Shown here: one piece after another, positions 8,119 through 14,848 of the stretch | Position numbering within the stretch: position 1 is the stretch's first letter | How the letters are laid out: every line of letters starts with the position of its first letter | Source: Spirochaetaceae bacterium | Lineage (GTDB): Bacteria > Spirochaetota > Spirochaetia > DSM-27196 > SKKC01 | Direction: 5' to 3' | Length of the DNA stretch: 28,812 bases | Assembly: GCA_003554375.1 (NCBI GenBank) | Contig: PWGF01000366.1 | Location: 1-28,812, forward strand | Program-made: the position numbers and the translations under genes | Notes under the pieces: generated by a model | What the model was told of the DNA's origin: nothing | The model's input: the letters and a program-made list of their open reading frames with translations, nothing else | Databases searched by the model: none

Positions 8119-8145
8119 TTATGAAGAGAAGGAGGTGAGGCTTCT

Positions 8146-8352
8146 ATGATCAGCAGCATCGCTTCACAGGCTACCGGCATGCAACAGGCGCAGCTCCAAC
8201 ACCAGGTTGGTTTCGCCGTACAACGCCTTGCCATGGACAGCGCGGAAATCCAGGCCGAGGGTGTCCAACGCATGATGGGTGAGGCGCAGCAGTTGGCTCA
8301 GGGAGCGGCAAACGACCCCCATTCCGGCACAATCATCGACACCTTCGCCTGA
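8146..8352 (+). CDS. Small YjfB-like protein (putative motility protein family), 68 aa
   Basis: A strong SD GAAGGAGGTGA at 8127-8137 precedes the ATG, and third-codon positions are GC-rich. The sequence SIASQATGMQQAQLQHQVGFAVQRLAMDSAEIQAEGVQRMM resembles the YjfB family pattern (MDIAALSMSMSQAQ..VS..KKAMD.AE.Q). Family assignment is from memory. Confidence 0.6.
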   Translation: MISSIASQATGMQQAQLQHQVGFAVQRLAMDSAEIQAEGVQRMMGEAQQLAQGAANDPHSGTIIDTFA

Positions 8353-8491
8353 CTGTCGGTTTCCCGTCTGCTCTACCCGCGGCATTCCTCACGCCTACGT
8401 ACCATCCCCCGCTTCCCGGCGGGGTTCGCGCAGGGGAGTTCCCGAGTTCTTCCCCAACGCAAACAGGATGGTGTAAGCTATCTTTGGCATC

Positions 8492-9361
8492 ATGAGCCGC
8501 GCAGTGAGTCGCTCGGCAGTCCATCGAGCATTCAAACGTCTAATGATAGCGACAACGCTCCTCGCCGCGCTTCTGGGTAGTGGAGGATGCGCGTCCCGGC
8601 CGGAAACAGCCACGCTGGGAGAGCCGCTCGGCGATAGCCGGCGCCTCTCGGCGGTGGACCTCTACACCTACTTCCAGATGTGTCTCGCGGCCTGGCGCGT
8701 ACGCGACCAATTCCGCGACACCGACTGGGAGCTGGATTACTTCAAGGACGAAGAGACCAACACCCTGGGATTCGCTCTGGAAAAGCGAGGGACCCTCCAT
8801 ATTGTCTTTCGGGCCACTCACGACGGAGAGGATGCGCCCGATCTGAGGCTCAACCTGACTGCATATCGGAGGAGACCCGCCTATCACTCCGGTGATAGCA
8901 ACGTCCGCGCCCACGCCGGCTTTCTGACTCGCTACGAGGCTGTGCGGGCCGACATTGCTCGGCGAGTAGAAGCATCCGATCTCGACCGAATTCTCTTGAT
9001 CGGTCACAGCTCCGGAGGCGCGGTGGCTAAGATTGCATACGAGGATCTGCGATCGCGTTACTCAGAGCGTGACGTCCGCGCCATCACCTACGGCACTCCA
9101 CGGGTGTTCAACCGCGCCGGAGCGCAACAGCTAGCCGACGATCGTGAACGAATACTGCGAGTCGTAAACGGCGACGACCTGATCGCCGCCACCCCGCCCG
9201 CCTTCCTCGGATACCGCCATGTCGGCACCCTCCTTCGCATCGGCACATCTCGCCCGCACCCCTTTGTCTCGTGGCGGGACCACCACCCCGGCTATCGCGC
9301 CGTGCTGGAGGAGATGCTCCGTGACTACGGCATAACGCCTGCGGAGCTGGGACTCGGCTAA
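8492..9361 (+). CDS. Class-3 (fungal-type) lipase-like alpha/beta hydrolase, predicted lipoprotein
   Basis: It has a lipobox LLGSGGC after a signal peptide and the nucleophile elbow GHSSGG (LIGHSSGGAVAKIAYEDL). The layout resembles the Lipase_3 family. Confidence 0.75.
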   Translation: MSRAVSRSAVHRAFKRLMIATTLLAALLGSGGCASRPETATLGEPLGDSRRLSAVDLYTYFQMCLAAWRVRDQFRDTDWELDYFKDEETNTLGFALEKRGTLHIVFRATHDGEDAPDLRLNLTAYRRRPAYHSGDSNVRAHAGFLTRYEAVRADIARRVEASDLDRILLIGHSSGGAVAKIAYEDLRSRYSERDVRAITYGTPRVFNRAGAQQLADDRERILRVVNGDDLIAATPPAFLGYRHVGTLLRIGTSRPHPFVSWRDHHPGYRAVLEEMLRDYGITPAELGLG

Positions 9362-9408
9362 ACGGGACCCACACCGGCCGCTTTCGGCAACGAACAGAAT
9401 CCGGTAGG

Positions 9409-10458
9409 ATGGCTACGATGAGCACGATACCCATAGATCTCTTCAGTGACACGGTAACCCGTCCGACGGCAGAGATGCGGCAAGCGATGAGCCAGGCTGA
9501 AGTCGGGGACGAGCAGAAGGACGAGGACCCTACAACAAATCGGCTGAACGAACGAGTGGCAGAGCTCCTCGGCAAAGAGGCGGCGCTGTTTCTGCCCTCC
9601 GGCACAATGTGTAACCAGATAGCCATCCGGTACCATTGCCGCCAAGGTGACGAGATCATAGCCGATCATACAGCCCACATCATCGGCTATGAGGCAGGCG
9701 GCGCGTCCGGCCTGAGCGGCGCGTCCATATGCCCCGTGCGCGGCACGCGCGGCATTTTCGACGCCGATCAGCTGCGCGAGGCAATCCGGCCTGACGATCC
9801 CCACCATCCCCGAACCGGCCTGGTCTCCATCGAACAGACGGCGAACGTAGCAGGCGGGACTATATGGCCGCTGGATACACTACGAGCGGTAGCTACCGAG
9901 GCCGCCGGCTCCGGGATACCTGTTCATATGGACGGTGCCCGCCTCCTCAATGCAGTGGTGGCAACCGACGCTGCCGCCGCGGAGTACTGCGCGCCCTTTA
10001 ACTCAGTCTGGATCGATTTCAGCAAGGGACTGGGCGCCCCGATCGGAGCGTCGATCGCCGGATCCCGAGAGCTCATACGTGAGGCGCGGCGCTACAAGCA
10101 GCAGTTCGGCGGTGCCATGCGACAGTCCGGAATCGTCGCGGCCGGAGCGCTCTACGCGCTCGACCACCATGTAGAGCGGTTGCGGACGGACCACGAGAAC
10201 GCTCGCATTCTCTATGAATCGCTTGAGAGCGTGGAAGGGCTCGAGTGTGAGGCGCCTGAGACGAACATGGTCTTCATCGATGTGTCCGCTCTGGAGCGCA
10301 CCGCCGAGGAGCTCGACCGGAGTTTTCAAGAGCATGGAATGCGAATGTGCCCGATCGGGCCGTACCGCCTCCGGGCCGTCACGCACCTCGATGTCTCACG
10401 CTCCGACATCCGGAAGGCAGTCGAGATCGTCCGGAAGGTCGTGGAGCAGCGCACGTAG
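9409..10458 (+). CDS. ltaE: Low-specificity L-threonine aldolase (PLP-dependent, beta-eliminating lyase fold)
   Basis: The N-terminus IDLFSDTVTRPTAEMRQAM is a threonine-aldolase signature, and the length is 349 aa. There is a PLP-lysine region (FSKGLGAPIGASIAGS). Confidence 0.85.
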   Translation: MATMSTIPIDLFSDTVTRPTAEMRQAMSQAEVGDEQKDEDPTTNRLNERVAELLGKEAALFLPSGTMCNQIAIRYHCRQGDEIIADHTAHIIGYEAGGASGLSGASICPVRGTRGIFDADQLREAIRPDDPHHPRTGLVSIEQTANVAGGTIWPLDTLRAVATEAAGSGIPVHMDGARLLNAVVATDAAAAEYCAPFNSVWIDFSKGLGAPIGASIAGSRELIREARRYKQQFGGAMRQSGIVAAGALYALDHHVERLRTDHENARILYESLESVEGLECEAPETNMVFIDVSALERTAEELDRSFQEHGMRMCPIGPYRLRAVTHLDVSRSDIRKAVEIVRKVVEQRT

Positions 10459-10485
10459 GCCCGGCGCCCCTCGTCCGGGGAACGG

Positions 10486-11091
10486 TCAATCGGTAAGAAT
10501 TGAATCGGCCGGGAGTGTCAGTTCCCCCAGCTCGTTCATCGCATTGATCAGCGACACCGTACATCCCGGCCGCAGATCCGAAGAGGTCAAAGCTTTCCGG
10601 CGAATTCGGCCCGCCTCCAGGAGTTCCCGGCGCATCAGGCCCGGCAGAAGCGGCTCCGCCGGGGTCACCCAACCATTCCCGTCGAAGAGCGCGATATTGC
10701 TGAACGAGGTGTCAGTCAGAAACCCTCGCTCCACGATCAACACGTCGTCGCACGGCCCGCGCCGGCTTTTGAGCGTATCGAGTTCGCTTCGATCGGCATA
10801 CTTGAACGGGTAGCGGACGCCGCCGCCCGGTACGAGCCGGAGGCTCCGAATCCGGGGTCTCCGGTACGGTTCCGCCTCGATCGCCCGGATGCAGTCGTCG
10901 TACACGATCCGCAGCTTCCAGGTGCCCGTAGAAGCAGTGACCGCGCCCGCCTGTCGGAGCAACTCTCCCTCATCTACCTCGAGAGGCACCCCGTTTACGA
11001 CACGGGCGCTCTCGCGCATTCGCTCCGCATGAAGCTCGGGCCGAAGCAAAACGCCCTCCTCGACCCGTATGGTCTCGAGCAGCTGGTACAT
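10486..11091 (-). CDS. pabC: Aminodeoxychorismate lyase-like protein (class IV aminotransferase fold), short form
   Basis: It lies directly downstream of the PabB-like gene on the same strand. The C-terminal segment (DVLIVERGFLTDTSFSNIALFDGNGWVTP) resembles the class IV ADCL/BCAT fold. It is only 201 aa, so the symbol is tentative. Confidence 0.55.
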   Translation of the reverse strand: MYQLLETIRVEEGVLLRPELHAERMRESARVVNGVPLEVDEGELLRQAGAVTASTGTWKLRIVYDDCIRAIEAEPYRRPRIRSLRLVPGGGVRYPFKYADRSELDTLKSRRGPCDDVLIVERGFLTDTSFSNIALFDGNGWVTPAEPLLPGLMRRELLEAGRIRRKALTSSDLRPGCTVSLINAMNELGELTLPADSILTD

Positions 11092-11107
11092 ACCGTCCTC
11101 CTCCCGT

Positions 11108-11254
11108 GGCTCCGGGCGCCGGGCCGCGGGTCCCGGCGTCCGTCGCTTGCCGATTCACGCCCTCCCGGACGACGCCGCGCCGTGGTCCGGCAGCCGGGGC
11201 GTGCGGGCTCGCGGCTTGCGGGGCAACCCAGGCTCTGGGCTGCCGGGCCGCGGG
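11108..11254. repeat. REP/MITE-like GC-rich element between pabB and pabC: about 23-bp direct repeats flanking an imperfect palindrome
   Basis: Direct repeat GGCTCCGGGCGCCGGGCCGCGGG at 11108-11130 recurs as GGCTCTGGGCTGCCGGGCCGCGGG at 11231-11254. The core GCCGGGCCGCGGG is identical in both. An internal inverted repeat pairs CCGGCGTC(C)GTC at 11133-11144 with GACGACGCCGG at 11168-11178. The segment is about 80% GC. Confidence 0.45.
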
Positions 11255-11276
11255 CGGCGGCACTCGCCCCAGGCAC

Positions 11277-12479
11277 CTATCCATCTGCCCTCTGCGCCGC
11301 AGCAGAATCCTGCGACCGCTCCGAGGGTTCCGCCTGCGAACCATCCGAATCCCCAGCCGAGCTCCACCCAACAGGAAGATAGATCTTGTGGCAGAGCTCC
11401 TGATATTCAGCTTCTTCATCGCTATAGATGGTTACGCCGCCTCCGCTCCGATAGCGAATCCCATGGGAGCCCTGCTCCAAGAAACGGATCAAGACGCAGG
11501 AATCAACGCGATCCCCATCGAAGAATCCGGCAACCCCGGTGTAGTAGCCCCGCTCCTCGGTCTCGGCTTCCTCAATGATGCGACATGTCTTTCTCTTCGG
11601 TGCTCCGGTAATCGACCCGGCGGGTAACAACTCCGAAAGAACCGTTCCCAGGTTGGCCCGCCAGTCGTCCGGAAGCTCCCCGGCAATCTCCGAGCTCATC
11701 TGAAGGAGCGGGCGCCCCCGGCTCTCGATACGGTCCAGATACCGGAACCGTTCAACCCAAACGCGCCGCGCTACTCTTCCCAGATCGTTCCGGATCAGAT
11801 CGACGATGGTGATGTGCTCCGCACTCTCCTTCTCATCCTCCAGCAAACGCCTCCGAGCGTTCGGGATCGACGCGTCGATTGTTCCCTTCATCGGATAACT
11901 CCGGATAACCCCCCGATCGATCGTGACAAAGGTCTCAGGCGAGAAGCAAAGAAATCGGCCAGGCACGTAGATGCGATAGGGAGCGGAAACGGCGAAGAAA
12001 CACGTTCTCAAGTCCGTGGAGAGCTCAACTCCCGTAGGGAAGGTGAGGTTGGTGAGATAGGAGTTCCCGGCTCGTTGATGACTCTGAACAACCGCGAAGG
12101 CCTGTGAGTAGGCCGCCCGATCGACGTACCGCTTGACGGTGAGACGCGGGAAGTCCGCCCCAGTCGGCACCGCGCCCGCATCCGCTCCACGAGTGTCCCT
12201 CTGCCCTTTGGTTGAATCGCCGTGAGAGCCCGAACCCGAGCTCTCACGAAAGCTCCACAGTATCCCGCGGGGATTCCCGACTCGGAGCCCCTGGAGCTCC
12301 GGATCGTCCCGCTCGTACCCCGGCCCGTGTAGGAAGTATCTGCCGCGGCCCAGGCGCGTAGCTGGAAACACCAGAGGCCGCTGCATCGAGAAATCGATGA
12401 TAAAAAGACAGGGCCGACGCCTTGCACCCAGCGCATTGAGGAGGGGAAATGCTTCGCAAGCAGAGATATGCTCGTTCAC
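11277..12479 (-). CDS. pabB: Chorismate-utilising enzyme, aminodeoxychorismate synthase component I (PabB)-like
   Basis: It has the chorismate-binding domain motifs PAGSITGAPKRKTCRIIEEAE and RGYYTGVAGFF. It is paired with an ADC-lyase-like gene and no glutamine amidotransferase is adjacent. About 35 aa of acidic extension follow the canonical end. Confidence 0.7.
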   Translation of the reverse strand: MNEHISACEAFPLLNALGARRRPCLFIIDFSMQRPLVFPATRLGRGRYFLHGPGYERDDPELQGLRVGNPRGILWSFRESSGSGSHGDSTKGQRDTRGADAGAVPTGADFPRLTVKRYVDRAAYSQAFAVVQSHQRAGNSYLTNLTFPTGVELSTDLRTCFFAVSAPYRIYVPGRFLCFSPETFVTIDRGVIRSYPMKGTIDASIPNARRRLLEDEKESAEHITIVDLIRNDLGRVARRVWVERFRYLDRIESRGRPLLQMSSEIAGELPDDWRANLGTVLSELLPAGSITGAPKRKTCRIIEEAETEERGYYTGVAGFFDGDRVDSCVLIRFLEQGSHGIRYRSGGGVTIYSDEEAEYQELCHKIYLPVGWSSAGDSDGSQAEPSERSQDSAAAQRADG

Positions 12480-12492
12480 TCCGACAACACGC

Positions 12493-13362
12493 TTAGCCGG
12501 CCTTTTCTTCGCGGCCTAAGACGCGCTCCTTCATGCCGGTACCGAATGTCATACTGATCGCGAAGCCGACGGCGGCAGCCGCGATACTGACCACGAGCGC
12601 TGTTCCCCCGACCGGTCCCGGCCAAAGGCTAATAACCGATCCCAGGACCAGCCCCAGGATACCAAAGTAGGTCGGCCCGTGGAAACGCCGCAACAGCCAG
12701 GCGATGATCTTCGATACGCTTACAACGCCCGCCAGCGTGCCCACTACGAATAGCGCCATAATCGGCACGTTCAGCTCGCTGAAACCGGCCGTCAGAGTCG
12801 AGTACATCCCGATCAACAGCATCAGAAAGCTCCCACTGAGCCCCGGTACGATCATAGCGATCGCCGCTACGAAGGCGCCGACGAACACCCATACCCCGCT
12901 TTGCAGCGTGAGCTGCCGTACGGGCTCGGTTGCGTCCGGACTCTCCGCGAGGCCGATTGCCAGTACCAGAATAAGCGCCGCAACGAACGGAACGACATAG
13001 CGCAGGCGCACTCCTTCAGCCCCGGCCCGACGCACCAGATACGGGCCGCTCCCCAAAATCAGGCCGATGAAGAAGAACATCGTCTGTTCCGGATAGGCCT
13101 CCAGGAAAAAGGTAATCAGGCGGGCAAAACCTATCGCTCCGGCGATAATCCCTGCCAGAACCGGAATCAGAAAGAGCGTGTTCCGCCGCCATCCGCTGGA
13201 GCCCGAGAAGAAATTGCCAAGCGCGTCCACCAGCTCGTCATAGATCCCGGTGATAACGGCAATCGTCCCGCCGCTCACTCCCGGAATCATGTTCGCCATG
13301 CCGATAAAAGCCCCTTTCAGAGCGTTTGTTACCGACGGTTTCTTCTCAAATTGCTTCTCCAT
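12493..13362 (-). CDS. DUF368-family polytopic membrane protein (a family reported as undecaprenyl-phosphate translocases)
   Basis: The N-terminal signature GAFIGMANMIPGVSGGTIAVITG is typical of DUF368. About 8 TM segments are present, including an internal repeat (MIVPGLSGSFLMLLIG). Confidence 0.78.
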   Translation of the reverse strand: MEKQFEKKPSVTNALKGAFIGMANMIPGVSGGTIAVITGIYDELVDALGNFFSGSSGWRRNTLFLIPVLAGIIAGAIGFARLITFFLEAYPEQTMFFFIGLILGSGPYLVRRAGAEGVRLRYVVPFVAALILVLAIGLAESPDATEPVRQLTLQSGVWVFVGAFVAAIAMIVPGLSGSFLMLLIGMYSTLTAGFSELNVPIMALFVVGTLAGVVSVSKIIAWLLRRFHGPTYFGILGLVLGSVISLWPGPVGGTALVVSIAAAAVGFAISMTFGTGMKERVLGREEKAG

Positions 13363-13396
13363 ATCCCTTCTCCAATTGGATTCGATCCGGAGCCTT

Positions 13397-14008
13397 TCAC
13401 TCCCCCTGTGGAAGTATCCGCTCCTCCGGTTCGCTCCGGGGCTTGCGGCGTCCCACGTACAACAGCGAAATCGCGTTTACCGCGCCGTGCAGGATCACTG
13501 CAGACCAGATGTCTCCGCCAACTGCTCGGAGCCCCCCCAGGAAGAACCCCATGAACAGAGCGTACACCGGCCACAGGGCAAAGCGTCTATCCGGAGGAAC
13601 GTGCGCCAAAGCGAAGAGCACCGTCGCGATCACCAAGCCGAGCGACGCCTGCACCGCCCCACGAAACAGAATCTCCTCACCCAACCCGCTGAGCACGGCA
13701 AGGAACGCCACGTCGCGCTTCCGCAACCCGCCGAGCTCCTCTCGTATCGCCTCCACCATTTCGGCAAAACGAACGGACACCCGCGGCGCCCCGAAAAGCA
13801 TCGCGAGGTGAAACGCCAATCCCCCCGCAAACGCCGCGACCTCCAACCGCGCATTCGGCCGCGGCCAGGAAACACGCAGCGACTCACCGGCGAGCGCTAT
13901 CCACGCCAGGCCGATCACCGCCATGACGGTGTAGAACACAACAGCGAGTCGAACGACACGGCTCCCCATGCGGTCGCATCCTATCGCGCCGGTGGGCGGT
14001 TTATCCAC
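13397..14008 (-). CDS. CPBP-family (CAAX/Abi) intramembrane metalloprotease
   Basis: All three CPBP motifs are present: EEILFRG, FALAHV and HGAVN. It lies 34 bp upstream of the DUF368 gene on the same strand. Confidence 0.8.
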   Translation of the reverse strand: MDKPPTGAIGCDRMGSRVVRLAVVFYTVMAVIGLAWIALAGESLRVSWPRPNARLEVAAFAGGLAFHLAMLFGAPRVSVRFAEMVEAIREELGGLRKRDVAFLAVLSGLGEEILFRGAVQASLGLVIATVLFALAHVPPDRRFALWPVYALFMGFFLGGLRAVGGDIWSAVILHGAVNAISLLYVGRRKPRSEPEERILPQGE

Positions 14009-14148
14009 CGCTCAAAGAGACGCGGCCACCGCAAACGCCCCGGGGGAAGATACTCACCGTCGCGTTTCCGGCTACAGTGTCCGACTGCGTTTTGCCTTGG
14101 AGAAACGGCTATAGCATCGCCCGGCAAACGCCGATACTATAGGCAGCT

Positions 14149-14706
14149 ATGAAGTATTCCAGAGACATTCCAGCGGTACGGCTATGGGCAATCGGCTTAT
14201 TCTTCCTGCCTCTACTGATCGGCGCCCCGCGTCCGGCACATGGAGCCGACGATGCGGACGTGACGATCGTTATGGACCGTCTCGGTTTCGAAGCATGGCA
14301 AGTGGTCGACTACGAGGGAGGAGCCGTCGGGCGGATAGGACGCAATCCTACGCTTACCCTTGAGGTAGGACAGCGCTATCACTTCGATACTTCGAATCTC
14401 GATGTCGGTTTTTTCCCGCTCGAGCTCCGCAACTCTCACGGTCACTCCCTCTTGTCTCAGGTCACCGGCAGTGGAGTCTACGCGACCAACAACGCGGTGC
14501 ACGCGAGCATCGATGACGACGGGATCGCTTTCACGCTTACGGACGAGATGGGCGTTGAGCTTGTCCTCTACCGAAACCGGTACTATCCGCGAATGACCGG
14601 AACCATCAGAGTCACCGGCATCGATGAGGAGTACCTGGAAGAGGTCGAGGAAGAGCTGGAGGCGGAGCAGCCACAAGAGGATCCTGAGAACGGCGAAACC
14701 GACTGA
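14149..14706 (+). CDS. Secreted hypothetical protein with an acidic C-terminus; possible degenerate cupredoxin-like beta-sandwich
   Basis: A signal peptide (WAIGLFFLPLLIGAPRPAHGADDAD) leads the protein. The C-terminal YYPRMTGTIRV resembles the cupredoxin strand (GMxGxIxV) but lacks Cys/His ligands. The tail is EEYLEEVEEELEAEQPQEDPENGETD, and no SD is seen. Confidence 0.5.
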   Translation: MKYSRDIPAVRLWAIGLFFLPLLIGAPRPAHGADDADVTIVMDRLGFEAWQVVDYEGGAVGRIGRNPTLTLEVGQRYHFDTSNLDVGFFPLELRNSHGHSLLSQVTGSGVYATNNAVHASIDDDGIAFTLTDEMGVELVLYRNRYYPRMTGTIRVTGIDEEYLEEVEEELEAEQPQEDPENGETD

Positions 14707-14848
14707 GACGCGGTCGGGCTTGCTACAGAGCCGCGGCGCCGGACTATTTTTCAAGAATCCGAACTGTACCTCCTGTACTAGAGGGTGAGAAACCACGCGT
14801 TGCCCGGTGGCGCCTCATTGGCGTTCCGGAGCACCTTCAGGAGGAGGT

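Noticed and set aside
8492-8545. Alternative later start (ATG 8546, MIATTLLAALLGSGGC) for the lipase-like gene.
   Set aside because: Both starts give a lipoprotein signal. I kept the longer one because its N-terminus is basic as expected for an n-region, but neither has a clear SD.
10459-10485. Possible bidirectional terminator between the convergent ltaE and pabC genes.
   Set aside because: It has only a 4-bp stem (CCCC/GGGG) and no flanking T or A tracts.
14741-14760. T-run (ACTATTTTTC) after the small secreted-protein gene as an intrinsic terminator.
   Set aside because: The upstream GC segment is mostly self-palindromic (CCGCGG, GGCGCC) and does not form a proper hairpin immediately abutting the T-tract. 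At best it is a weak terminator.
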